Shown here: positions 7,843-16,819 of the stretch, piece after piece
Layout of the letters: the number at the start of each line of letters is the position of its first letter
How positions within the stretch are numbered: position 1 is the first letter of the stretch
UHGV virus genome: UHGV-0203852
From: a virus
Length of the DNA stretch: 47,439 nt
Direction: 5' to 3' (one strand)
Notes under the pieces: model-generated
What the model was told of the DNA's origin: nothing
The model's input: only the letters and a program-made list of their open reading frames with translations
Database searches by the model: none
Translations under genes and position numbers: made by a program

Positions 7843-8079
7843 ATGGAGAAATTATCAAACAGGAAATATGAAATGAACCTAAATCAAGAAATACGAAAAC
7901 GGCGAATCGCAAAGGGTATAAGCATTCGCCGTTTGGCGGAACTTACTGGGTTAAGTTCTACCACCATCGTCAACTTTGAGAACGGCAGCGGAGCGAGAAT
8001 GGAAAAGGTAATGGCGATGATTGATGCGCTTGGTTGCAAAGTCGTAATAATTGATAAAAAACCTAAAATATTTGAATAA
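7843..8079 (+). CDS. XRE-family HTH regulator (Aca-like position)
   Basis: IRKRRIAKGISIRRLAELTGLSSTTIVNFENG is a classic HTH_3; directly downstream of the two acr candidates. Confidence 0.85.
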   Translation: MEKLSNRKYEMNLNQEIRKRRIAKGISIRRLAELTGLSSTTIVNFENGSGARMEKVMAMIDALGCKVVIIDKKPKIFE

Positions 8080-8080
8080 T

Positions 8081-8650
8081 ATGGCTAAATCACTTTTATT
8101 ATTAATGGCTTTGATGCCATTAATTTGCTTCGGGCAAATTAACTTCAAACTGAACGGAAACGGCTGTTTTGAGGCGCAAGATGGTAAAGATTACATTGTC
8201 GTTAACTGCAAGGGCAAAACAGCACACGAGTTGTATGACATCGTGCGCATCAATGTCGGGAAAACATTTAATAGTCCGAAAACGGTTATGAGCGTTGTTG
8301 AAGATAAATCAATCGCAATTCTCGCAATTACCGAAAATTTTATCGCCGAAAGCACTTTTCTTGCCACGGAAAATTATAAGTGCGATTTCAACCTACAATT
8401 TGATTTTAAAGATGGAAAAATAAAAGTTGGCGCACCAGCACTTGGCGAACTAAAATGGTTTAAAAGTGCAATAGACCTCTTGAAATATGGCAACGAAAAT
8501 TCAGCAGCAGTCATAATTTCCAAAAAGTTTTTCGATAAAAAAGGAAAGCCAAAAAAGAAAAAAATAAAAGACATTGAGAAAATCGAGGCATGTTTCAACG
8601 CATTGCTAAATGCACTGGTCGCCATTCCAACTGCAAACGATGATTGGTAA
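8081..8650 (+). CDS. Secreted/periplasmic protein (DUF4468-like)
   Basis: Signal peptide MAKSLLLLMALMPLICFGQ; GKTAHELY...FDFKDGKIKV pattern. Confidence 0.6.
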   Translation: MAKSLLLLMALMPLICFGQINFKLNGNGCFEAQDGKDYIVVNCKGKTAHELYDIVRINVGKTFNSPKTVMSVVEDKSIAILAITENFIAESTFLATENYKCDFNLQFDFKDGKIKVGAPALGELKWFKSAIDLLKYGNENSAAVIISKKFFDKKGKPKKKKIKDIEKIEACFNALLNALVAIPTANDDW

Positions 8651-8655
8651 TACGA

Positions 8656-9927
8656 TTAAATTATAACATTTTCGCCGTCGGGTTTTTGCGCTAATACAGC
8701 GTCAATCACTCGGCGGTTTGCTTTGTCCACCTTGTCGAGTGACGCATCTATATATATAGCCGTTGTGGCGTTGCCGTAGGAATGACCGAGGGCGTGCGCT
8801 ATCGTGTCGATAGGTATATCAATGCGTGATGCCAGCGTAGCCCAAGAGTGGCGAGCCCAATACATTGTCAGGTGCGGAAATATCGGCTTATATATTCGAG
8901 CGTTATATGCTTCGATATGATATGTGCCAATCATTTGCAATAATTCGTTAATTCGATGCGTTGCGTCTTTATGGCTTCGCCAGCGTTGGCGCAAACAAAG
9001 CAATGTGTCGCCATCACCTCTCCATTTGCCTATTATTTCCATTGCTTCGGGAGGTATTGCTATATCGTAGAGTTTTCCAGTTTTGGCACGGCGATAAACG
9101 AGGCGACCGTTTACGATATTTGCCTGTGTTAAATTGTACATATCTACCATGTTAATGCCAAGAAGGTAGAACGACAACTTGAACATGTCAAGAGCTATTA
9201 TAGTGCGTTCATCAGTCGGTGCATTCCACAGTGTACGCAACTCGTCGAGCGTGAGGCTTCGCTTCGTGGTTGGCTCACTTTTGATTTTAAACTTGCGAAA
9301 CGGATAGTTAGTTGTTACATCATTATCTATTGCGTCGTTGAAGATTGCTCGTAAGTTGCGAAAATGTATGCTTCGTGTGTTGATAGCGTTGCCGTTCGCC
9401 TCCAACCACGCATCAAAGCGAGATAGCCAATGAGCATTAATATCATCGAATGTTATTTTGTTTGCCTCAACTTCGCCAAGAAATGCGCACACACGGCTTA
9501 AAGTATGCTGGTATGTATCTTTGGTGCTTTGCTTGCGCTTCGTGGCGCACAGGCGATTTCCGTAAAAAATAACGCAATTCTGCTGTGCTGTATCGTCATT
9601 TATTGCCAATGCTGGGGATAGTCGCTCTTGCACGTAATCTCTAATTTGCTTCACGCTCATTTTGCGTGTAGCCACTTCCGATGATTGCAACTGCATAATT
9701 ATGTTCTCGGCTTCGATTAATTTACGCTTGATGTATGCGTTGTATTGGCGTGCGTTCGGGCTGTCGATAATATGGTTGCCGTCTACGCTCACTTTACGCC
9801 ATTGCTTTTTCTGCACCCTAATTCCGAGTGGAATGTATGCCGCTTCGCCACGATGACGAAGCGAAATTTTCAGCGGATATTTGCCGTCCGCTCCCGATTG
9901 CGACGAAATGTAGATTGACACCTTCAT
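8656..9927 (-). CDS. int: Tyrosine integrase (Bacteroidota type with arm-binding and SAM-like domains)
   Basis: YRRAKT, YWARHSWAT, ALGHS...TAIY catalytic motifs; adjacent to attP. Confidence 0.95.
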   Translation of the reverse strand: MKVSIYISSQSGADGKYPLKISLRHRGEAAYIPLGIRVQKKQWRKVSVDGNHIIDSPNARQYNAYIKRKLIEAENIIMQLQSSEVATRKMSVKQIRDYVQERLSPALAINDDTAQQNCVIFYGNRLCATKRKQSTKDTYQHTLSRVCAFLGEVEANKITFDDINAHWLSRFDAWLEANGNAINTRSIHFRNLRAIFNDAIDNDVTTNYPFRKFKIKSEPTTKRSLTLDELRTLWNAPTDERTIIALDMFKLSFYLLGINMVDMYNLTQANIVNGRLVYRRAKTGKLYDIAIPPEAMEIIGKWRGDGDTLLCLRQRWRSHKDATHRINELLQMIGTYHIEAYNARIYKPIFPHLTMYWARHSWATLASRIDIPIDTIAHALGHSYGNATTAIYIDASLDKVDKANRRVIDAVLAQKPDGENVII

Positions 9928-9940
9928 GCTATTTCATTTT

Positions 9941-10202
9941 TAACTTTTTTGTAACTATTTTGCCAAGATTTTCCACGTTTTGCCGAATTTTTCCACCGTA
10001 TTATATAGCATAGATATAATGCCAATAACGGCGAAAAAAGGTCTTAAAGCCTAATTTCGCCGTTATATTGTGGTGTCGGGGTACCCGGACTCGAACTGGG
10101 GACCCCCTGCTCCCAAAGCAGGTGCGTATGACATATAACCATACTGATACACAGCGAATTATAAAACGTAATATTTCTTCTTTAACTTTTTCTTAACTTT
10201 TT
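9941..10202. other. attP region with paired arm-type repeats
   Basis: TAACT(T/A)TTT at 9941 and 9952, and again at 10183 and 10194 (11-bp spacing in both pairs), flanking the tRNA-derived core; hairpin ataacggcgaaa/tttcgccgttat at about 10025-10065. Confidence 0.7.
10075..10126 (-). other. attP core: 3' half of tRNA-Pro(TGG)
   Basis: Minus strand cgcacctgct-ttggg-agcagggggtccccagttcgagtccgggtaccccgac gives an anticodon arm with TGG, a T-loop GTTCGA and the acceptor 3' strand; 5' half absent. Confidence 0.88.
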
Positions 10203-10279
10203 CACATTTCAGATCTGCCGAGATGTGGGTGTTGCGCTATTTTATATTACCCCACAATGGGCTATTGTAGGGTTGGCGT

Positions 10280-10609
10280 TCAGTTTGTTTTTAGTACGCC
10301 AACTTTTGCCGTTAGGCGTGCGAGGTCACGGCGTGCGCTGTTGATTTTCTCGGCAATGCGCTCGATGCTGTCGGCAAGGCATTCACCCTCGACGCTGTCG
10401 TTGATGCTCATTGCTCCAGTACCGCACACCAGCCATCGGGCGTTGACATCTGGGAATGCCGTCAGTATTGCTTCCACGGTGCGTAGTCCACAGCCATGCC
10501 CCGAAGCAATTCTATTGGCGTACTGTGGAGTGATGCCAACGGCAGAGGCGAAAGCAGCTTGCGAGCCACCGCAGTAGTGGTTGATTATTCGTTTAATTCT
10601 CTCTTCCAT
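10280..10609 (-). CDS. HTH transcriptional regulator (XRE/CI-like)
   Basis: SQAAFASAVGITPQYANRI HTH and VNARWLVCGTG motif. Confidence 0.8.
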   Translation of the reverse strand: MEERIKRIINHYCGGSQAAFASAVGITPQYANRIASGHGCGLRTVEAILTAFPDVNARWLVCGTGAMSINDSVEGECLADSIERIAEKINSARRDLARLTAKVGVLKTN

Positions 10610-10611
10610 TG

Positions 10612-10905
10612 TTATTGATTCACGTTTATATTGTTTGTCGCTGGCGAGTGCCTGGTCAATAGGTGTTGCCAAAGCGCATCGTTGCGGCGGCGCTCCTCGG
10701 CAAGCATCGCCGTGAGGCGGCTGATTTGTTCGAGCATCTTGTCTCGGTTAAGGCAAAGCGTGTTGATGTGCTGCATGTAACTTTCGCTGATTCTCTTTGA
10801 CACTTCGGCAAGCATTGCCACCATTTTGTTAGTGCGGTCGATGCGGAGTTCTGATTTCTCTATTAGATTCATCAACTCCATGCAAATCTCTCTTTCGGTA
10901 ATCAT
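10612..10905 (-). CDS. Hypothetical coiled-coil protein
   Basis: 97-aa ORF packed between two repressor-like genes. Confidence 0.6.
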   Translation of the reverse strand: MITEREICMELMNLIEKSELRIDRTNKMVAMLAEVSKRISESYMQHINTLCLNRDKMLEQISRLTAMLAEERRRNDALWQHLLTRHSPATNNINVNQ

Positions 10906-10909
10906 AATT

Positions 10910-11335
10910 TCAAGTTTTTTTGTCGGTAATTAATTGTTCTATTAATGTGTTGATTAGTTCCTGTTGCTTGTTGCTGGCTCTGCGTTGCTCGGCAAGTTCA
11001 TTGACCAACTTCTCAACGACTTCTGATAGGCTTCCACCCTGCTGTATTCCACCGCTCACGTTGCCACCGACTTTAACGCTGTCACGGTTGATGTTTACGG
11101 TGTTCGTGGTGCTCTCGTCTATCATATTGCCGTCGCCAGTCAAGAGCCAAGACACGGATAAGCCGTATAGTTCGTGGAGTTTTACGGCGCATGATTTCCC
11201 GATGGGCGTTTTGCCGTTAAGAAGTAGGTTAATGTATGCTTGCGTTGTTCCATAACGTTCGGCAATTTCCGCTTGCGTAATTCCTTGCCTCTTAAAAAAT
11301 TTTTTCAGTTGTATGTAAAATTTTTCGTCCAACAT
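10910..11335 (-). CDS. CI-like repressor
   Basis: GITQAEIAERYGTTQAYINLLLNG HTH, SVSWLLTGDGNM motif; divergent from the early operon. Confidence 0.85.
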   Translation of the reverse strand: MLDEKFYIQLKKFFKRQGITQAEIAERYGTTQAYINLLLNGKTPIGKSCAVKLHELYGLSVSWLLTGDGNMIDESTTNTVNINRDSVKVGGNVSGGIQQGGSLSEVVEKLVNELAEQRRASNKQQELINTLIEQLITDKKT

Positions 11336-11499
11336 AATCTTTTGTGTATTAGTGATTTATAAAAATATTTAGTGAATGGTTAATAAAATAATTAGTAATT
11401 TATTTTTTTATTCAGTAAATAATATATAAATTTGCAACGTGTAATTAAAAAACTACACAAATATATATATAAATAATTGTAAAAACAAAAAGGTAAAAA
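11336..11499. promoter_or_regulatory. Lysis/lysogeny switch region
   Basis: Very AT-rich divergent intergenic region; TAAATTTG at 11427-11434 oriented toward the early operon. Confidence 0.7.
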
Positions 11500-11715
11500 A
11501 TGAAAGAAATTGACATGCGAACCGAAAAGGAAAAGAAAGTGCAGGAGGTGCATCGCAAGGTGTGCGACATGTACAAGCGAGTGCGAGAGGAAAGCCCTGA
11601 GTTTGCACCACACAGAGTAATGCGAAAGATTGCAGAGCAATTCGGTTATACCACCAACAACGTGCGAGTGATACTTGTGCAGAACGATCTCTACCAACCA
11701 CGAGTGATTAAATAG
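11500..11715 (+). CDS. Cro-like small DNA-binding protein
   Basis: First gene of the rightward operon; RKIAEQFGYTTNNVRVIL HTH-like segment. Confidence 0.6.
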   Translation: MKEIDMRTEKEKKVQEVHRKVCDMYKRVREESPEFAPHRVMRKIAEQFGYTTNNVRVILVQNDLYQPRVIK

Positions 11716-11733
11716 CGAAAAACAGCAGGAACG

Positions 11734-11994
11734 ATGACGGAAAAGACAGCAAAGGAATTTCAGCGAATGGTGGAACTCGCCAACCATAACCGAATGTGGA
11801 TTAAACTCGAAGAAGCAAAAATCTACTACGAAATGCAAAGCGGCGGTGGCGTGCGATACTGCCTGAGAATTGTGCGAATGCTGAACGGCAGATGGTGCGA
11901 GTGCCTCTTGGCGATGGTAAAGGTGATGTCGATGGTTACTAACGAGCGTATAACGATGTGCGTAGCCGACGAGCGAACAATCATTATATGCTGA
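11734..11994 (+). CDS. Hypothetical protein
   Basis: 86-aa ORF in the early operon. Confidence 0.5.
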   Translation: MTEKTAKEFQRMVELANHNRMWIKLEEAKIYYEMQSGGGVRYCLRIVRMLNGRWCECLLAMVKVMSMVTNERITMCVADERTIIIC

Positions 11995-12152
11995 CGCATC
12001 GCAATCCGAGTGCGTGCCAAGGCTGTGAACTGGCACGGAAATCATTAAACGGCTTATACTGCACACGGCTAAAACGCTACGTTGAGCATCAGCAGACGAA
12101 GCCATGCGAGAAAGACATTAACGATAACGATTTAAAAAACGAAAAATTATGA
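11988..12152 (+). CDS. Small Cys-rich protein
   Basis: CQGC...NGLYC...YVEH...PC pattern; coupled to neighbours. Confidence 0.5.
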   Translation: MLTHRNPSACQGCELARKSLNGLYCTRLKRYVEHQQTKPCEKDINDNDLKNEKL

Positions 12153-12346
12153 ACTACAGAAACAAAAAGGAAATGCTGGAGCATTGCCTCCGTGAGTACG
12201 AAATCATGATGAAAAATGATGAATGCAAGGTGATAGAGTTGGTGCGTTATAACGGCACAAAAGGCGGTATCGGCAACAAAGAAATCATCCAAAAAGTGCT
12301 GATGCTGCTAATCAGCGAAGCGAAACAACAATTAGCGGAATTGTAA
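12149..12346 (+). CDS. Hypothetical protein
   Basis: 65-aa ORF with ATGA overlap. Confidence 0.5.
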   Translation: MNYRNKKEMLEHCLREYEIMMKNDECKVIELVRYNGTKGGIGNKEIIQKVLMLLISEAKQQLAEL

Positions 12347-12366
12347 CCAAAAAAAACGAGATAGTT

Positions 12367-12564
12367 ATGGAAAAGATAATGCTTGCAGTAATGAGATTTT
12401 TTGAAAATGGGCTTTCCTACCTAATCACGGCGTTAATGGCTATTGAAATGGTGGCAAACCTGTGTAAAGGCAACTTCGCTGGCGTAGCGTTCTTTGGAGT
12501 GCTAACGGCGATGATGATAACAACGCTTCGGCTCGGCGGTGACGGAAAGGAGGACAAGCAGTAA
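12367..12564 (+). CDS. Small membrane protein
   Basis: Two hydrophobic segments. Confidence 0.55.
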   Translation: MEKIMLAVMRFFENGLSYLITALMAIEMVANLCKGNFAGVAFFGVLTAMMITTLRLGGDGKEDKQ

Positions 12565-12773
12565 TGGCAGTAACGATGAACGAACCATGCGTGAGCGTTA
12601 CAACACGCTACACCGTGTCAGACGCAAGCCGAATACTCGGCATCAGCCGCCCGACACTGCGCAAATATGCGATGATGGGCTTGGTCAAGGCTGGCTACTG
12701 GAGAAACACAAAGCAGATGTTTTTTACAGGAGCGGAACTAAAGAAATTTTGGCGCACAAGCCAATGCTATTAA
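12564..12773 (+). CDS. Excisionase-like HTH protein
   Basis: RYTVSDASRILGISRPTLRKY, MerR/HTH_17-like. Confidence 0.7.
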   Translation: MAVTMNEPCVSVTTRYTVSDASRILGISRPTLRKYAMMGLVKAGYWRNTKQMFFTGAELKKFWRTSQCY

Positions 12774-12816
12774 ACGATTAACAATAACAATATAAAACTA
12801 TAAAACTACAAAAAAA

Positions 12817-13710
12817 ATGACTACTAAAAACGAAACTACAGCAACAAAGATGGGTGCAAATGCCCAGCAGCAACAACAAATGGATTTCAGCCAACAATCG
12901 GCACAACAACCACGGGCACAAGTGGCAGAACCACAACCAAAGCCACAACCAAAGGTAGAAGCGAAGCCACAACCACAACCAAAGGTGGAAGTAAAGCCAC
13001 AGCCAGCAGTGCAGCCACAACAGCAGGCAAAATTGCAAGTTACCGACAAGGATATTGTTACCTACGAAGTGGCTGGTCAAGAGGTGAAGTTGAGTTATAG
13101 CATCGTGCGTAAGTACCTGACCAAAGGCAATGCCGATGTTACCGACCAAGAACTTGTGCAGTTCATCAGCGTGTGCAAGTTCAACAAACTTAACCCATTC
13201 CTGAACGAAGCCTACCTAATCAAGTTCAAGTCGGCAAGAGGTGACGGAAACGCCCAAATGATTGTGAGCAAAGAGGCTTTGTTCAAGCGTGCCGAAGCGT
13301 GCGAGCAATACGACGGCATCGAGGCTGGTATCATCGTACTCCGCGGCGATAATGTGGTAGAGTTAGAGGGTTGCTTCCGCCAAGCGAAAGACGTGCTGCT
13401 CGGAGGTTGGGCAAAGGTGTACCGCAAGGATAGACGAGTGCCAACCGTGAGCAAGGTAAACCTATCGGAATACGACAAGGGTAATAGCATTTGGAACGAG
13501 AAAAAGGCGACCATGATAAGCAAGATTGCCAAGGTACAGGCATTGCGTGAGGCGTTCCCGTCGCAACTCGGAGCGATGTACGCAAAAGAGGAAACAACAG
13601 CCCTCGAACAGCAAGCCAAGCAAGTGAAAGATGTGGACTGCGAGGAAGTGGACGCTAACGCTGGAGCAGATGGCGTGCGTGCCATTGTTGACCAAGCGAT
13701 GAGGAAGTAA
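12817..13710 (+). CDS. bet: Phage recombination protein Bet (RecT family single-strand annealing protein)
   Basis: KLNPFLNEAYLIKF, GGWAKVYRKDR, MISKIAKVQALREAFP motifs; Pro/Gln-repeat N-terminal extension. Confidence 0.9.
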   Translation: MTTKNETTATKMGANAQQQQQMDFSQQSAQQPRAQVAEPQPKPQPKVEAKPQPQPKVEVKPQPAVQPQQQAKLQVTDKDIVTYEVAGQEVKLSYSIVRKYLTKGNADVTDQELVQFISVCKFNKLNPFLNEAYLIKFKSARGDGNAQMIVSKEALFKRAEACEQYDGIEAGIIVLRGDNVVELEGCFRQAKDVLLGGWAKVYRKDRRVPTVSKVNLSEYDKGNSIWNEKKATMISKIAKVQALREAFPSQLGAMYAKEETTALEQQAKQVKDVDCEEVDANAGADGVRAIVDQAMRK

Positions 13711-13743
13711 CACAATTAACCAACACATAAAAACGCAACGAAA

Positions 13744-14688
13744 ATGAACGCTAAAATGATACGCCCAGCCAACCGTGAGCAATGGCTGGAAATCCGCAAA
13801 AGCGGTATCGGCTCCAGCGAAGCCGCCACGATTATGTTTCTGAATCCTTTTGAAACGCCATACCAGTTGTGGCGCAGAAAGATGGGCTACGATGCGCCGA
13901 AAGAGGAAAACTTTGCCATGCGTGCAGGTCACTACCTCGAAGATGCCGTAAGCAAGTTCTATGCCGATGCAACAGGCGCAACGGTGATTAAGCGTAGCGC
14001 AATAGACTGGATAGCGCAAGACCGTAAAAAGCCATATATGCAGGTGTCGCCCGACCGCACGGCTTGGGGGAAAGACCAACTGCACAACGAGGCTAACAAA
14101 ATGATTGTGGAGTGTAAGACAACGCAGATGCCGATAGACGAGGACAACGTGCCACGCCACTGGTATATACAACTGCAATACCAACTGCACGTGACTGGCT
14201 ATGATTACGGCGCATTGGCGTGGCTCACACAAGGGCGTGAGTTCGGCTTCCGCCACTTCGAGCGAAACGACACCATCGGCGCAATGATAGAGCAGAGCGT
14301 GACCCGATTTTGGGAGCACAACATCGTGGGCGGCGAGGAACCCGAACTTGCCAATGCCGATGACATAGACATCAAGTATCCATCGCAGATTGACGGTAAG
14401 ACTGTAGATGTGGACGAGCAGACATACAACGCATGGAAAGCGTTGGTCACGCTGAAAAGCGAAATCTCGAAACTTGATGCCGAGAAGAAGAAGTTGGAGG
14501 ACGAAATCAAACTCGCATTCGGCGATGCCGAGGCTATCGCATACGGCGGTCATCGGCTGGCTACATACCGAGCACCAAAGGCGACCGAGGCTTTCGACTG
14601 GAAGCGATTCGAGAAAGAGCGACCCGAAGCCATCATCGACTATATGGTGCTCAAGCAAGGCTCACGCCGACTGCTGATAAAGCAGTAG
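13744..14688 (+). CDS. YqaJ/lambda-type exonuclease
   Basis: WLEIRKSGIGSSE, GHYLE, SPD, ECKT, QLQYQL motifs; paired with Bet. Confidence 0.92.
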   Translation: MNAKMIRPANREQWLEIRKSGIGSSEAATIMFLNPFETPYQLWRRKMGYDAPKEENFAMRAGHYLEDAVSKFYADATGATVIKRSAIDWIAQDRKKPYMQVSPDRTAWGKDQLHNEANKMIVECKTTQMPIDEDNVPRHWYIQLQYQLHVTGYDYGALAWLTQGREFGFRHFERNDTIGAMIEQSVTRFWEHNIVGGEEPELANADDIDIKYPSQIDGKTVDVDEQTYNAWKALVTLKSEISKLDAEKKKLEDEIKLAFGDAEAIAYGGHRLATYRAPKATEAFDWKRFEKERPEAIIDYMVLKQGSRRLLIKQ

Positions 14689-14770
14689 GGAGCGGAAACG
14701 GAATACACTCCGTAGGCGAAAAAGTGAATAAAAGTGAATTAGTTATAGTAATAATCAAATAGTTGTAATT

Positions 14771-14953
14771 ATGCACGCAATCAGTGACAGAAACTTTAGG
14801 GATTTGCAAGCAGTGTTGGCTTGGGTGGCGCAGTTGAGGGACTTCAGCGACCCGAAAGACCTACGGAGTGCCAACACTATCCGTAAGGCGAAAGTGCTGT
14901 TGCGTGCTTTTTCACGAAACGAAAAAATGGCAAAGAACAATGGAAAAGGCTGA
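14771..14953 (+). CDS. Hypothetical protein
   Basis: 60-aa ORF overlapping the start of the replication gene. Confidence 0.45.
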   Translation: MHAISDRNFRDLQAVLAWVAQLRDFSDPKDLRSANTIRKAKVLLRAFSRNEKMAKNNGKG

Positions 14954-15692
14954 CCGCAAAACGATGCTCGTGCATTTCGACACATGGCTAACGCTGACGG
15001 CGACGATGAGCGATGCGCAGGTCGGTCAACTGTTACGTGCAGCCATTGCCTATGCGAGAGGCGAAAGCGAAAGCGAAGCGTGCTTTGGTGGCGATAGGGT
15101 ATTGGCATTGGCTTTCTCGATGCTGAAAATGAGCGACGATATGGATTGGAAGCAATACCGCCTGAAGTGCGAGAAACTAAAGGCGAACATTCAGAAGCGG
15201 TGGAGGAAGCAAATACAAACGAATACAAATGAATACAATTCTATACAAATGGGTACTTATACCAATACCAATACCAATACCAATACCAATACCGATGTTG
15301 TTACAACTAACTCTAACGAGTTAGCAATAACAACAACAAATCAAAAAGATAACGCCCAAGGGCGTGAATTGCTATTGAGCAGGTTGCGTGATAAAATGTA
15401 CAGAGAGCAAATCAAACTCCACAACATCGCCGCCTCGCTTCACGCCACGGTTGAAGATGTGCTGCGCACAGGCGATGCCGTCATTGACGAGTGGGAGTTG
15501 ACCGACGAGCCAGCGAAAGGCATCAACATGAAGCATCTGCTTTCGCAGATACGCATCAAGTGGGAGGCACAGCAGAGATTGGAACGGCAGCGCACGGCAG
15601 ACGACCGAGAGCGAGACTGGATAAACGACATGGCGGCTGGTGCTATTGACAACCTCGAACGAATTAACAACGGCAAAACGACAAAGAAATGA
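14940..15692 (+). CDS. Putative replication initiator (DUF6291-like N-terminus)
   Basis: MSDAQVGQLLRAAIAY...Y..KCEK...N...RW pattern followed by a TNTNTN linker encoded by iteron-like repeats. Confidence 0.7.
   Translation: MEKADRKTMLVHFDTWLTLTATMSDAQVGQLLRAAIAYARGESESEACFGGDRVLALAFSMLKMSDDMDWKQYRLKCEKLKANIQKRWRKQIQTNTNEYNSIQMGTYTNTNTNTNTNTDVVTTNSNELAITTTNQKDNAQGRELLLSRLRDKMYREQIKLHNIAASLHATVEDVLRTGDAVIDEWELTDEPAKGINMKHLLSQIRIKWEAQQRLERQRTADDRERDWINDMAAGAIDNLERINNGKTTKK
15211..15293 (+). repeat. Iteron-like repeats, probable replication origin
   Basis: Four 10-bp units (aaatacaaac, gaatacaaat, gaatacaatt, ctatacaaat) then about six copies of atacca, inside the initiator gene. Confidence 0.65.
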
Positions 15693-16309
15693 AAACAAAC
15701 AAAAGTAAACGACTTGTGACATTCCTTGCTGGCGTAGACACGCCAAGGGATAACGCCGTAAGACTTCGCTACGGCGATGCCGAGGCTTTTCAAATCCGAT
15801 GGAGTTACGAGAATGTGAGGGCTATCGCTGGACGCATCGACGAGAGCGTGGCGAAAGGCGTTGAGCCAATGGTCGTGATGATGAGCGCATACGGTAGCGA
15901 GGCGGTGGAGAATAACTTGTTTTTCGTGATACAAGGCTTCATGCTGTCGCAAAAGGAGCAGAAGATGCGAACAGCAGACATTCGCACGCTGGCGCAGTCG
16001 ATAACGCAATGCGTCGAGGCTCGCACGCTTAACTACGCATTTGTGCTGAACTTCTTCAACGAGTTGGCGCAGGGCAAATACGACTACTTTCCACGACCTC
16101 GAAGCATCATGGTGCAGTTCCAAGCCTACATCAAGAGTGCAAAAGAGCGTGAGCGGTCGCTGATGCTGGAACTGGAGACGGTGCGGAGGCGCAAGGCGGA
16201 CGAGGAAACGAGGCGCAACGCCATATCATTTGACGAGTACAAGCGGAGAATGGGAATTGACCCAAGCGTGAGTAATCCGCTTGACCTGATACGAAAGGAT
16301 ATGCAGTGA
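15689..16309 (+). CDS. Hypothetical replication-associated protein
   Basis: 206-aa ORF coupled to the initiator; function inferred from position only. Confidence 0.55.
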   Translation: MKTNKSKRLVTFLAGVDTPRDNAVRLRYGDAEAFQIRWSYENVRAIAGRIDESVAKGVEPMVVMMSAYGSEAVENNLFFVIQGFMLSQKEQKMRTADIRTLAQSITQCVEARTLNYAFVLNFFNELAQGKYDYFPRPRSIMVQFQAYIKSAKERERSLMLELETVRRRKADEETRRNAISFDEYKRRMGIDPSVSNPLDLIRKDMQ

Positions 16310-16443
16310 TAGAGCGCAGAAATTAACGAGAATGCCCCAAATTTCAACGCTGACGCACTTTCTTGGTAAAAACAAGTAGTTGCACCACCGTGAAATTTTA
16401 ACGGCGAAGAAACGAAATAACGAACAAATAAACAAAAACGAAA

Positions 16444-16806
16444 ATGGTATTACCAAACAAATTTTATGAACAACTCTGCAATGAGTTGATAGACTTCGCC
16501 AAGGACTTCGACGATTACGGCAAACTCGACAGCGATGAGACATACAAGGATTTCTCGTGCGCAATAGAGATTGACGAAAGCCACACGGCTTATGTTGACC
16601 TCGGAGTTACAGTGCTGGCAGAGTGGCAAGATGATAGTTTTAGCCACGAGTTCGGCATTTGGGAGGACGGCTACAAGGGCTATTATCCAAGTGGCATATC
16701 GGTAGACAGCATCGACTGCCTGGAGGTGCAAGATGACTACTGCGAAGATGTGCCGTTCACCTACGACCGAGAGCGAATAGAGGACATCAAATTAACATTA
16801 AACTAA
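16444..16806 (+). CDS. Highly acidic hypothetical protein
   Basis: 120 aa, very Asp/Glu-rich (WQDDSFSHEFG). Confidence 0.65.
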   Translation: MVLPNKFYEQLCNELIDFAKDFDDYGKLDSDETYKDFSCAIEIDESHTAYVDLGVTVLAEWQDDSFSHEFGIWEDGYKGYYPSGISVDSIDCLEVQDDYCEDVPFTYDRERIEDIKLTLN

Positions 16807-16819
16807 AACTGAAACTATT

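Noticed and set aside
10075..10126. Functional tRNA-Pro gene
   Set aside because: Only the anticodon arm, T arm and acceptor 3' strand are present; the D arm and 5' acceptor strand are missing, so it is treated as the attP core
13462..14658. 398-aa minus-strand ORF and similar long antisense ORFs (e.g. 37997..38785, 11392..12105, 26068..26751)
   Set aside because: Shadow frames opposite well-supported genes, with no recognisable motifs
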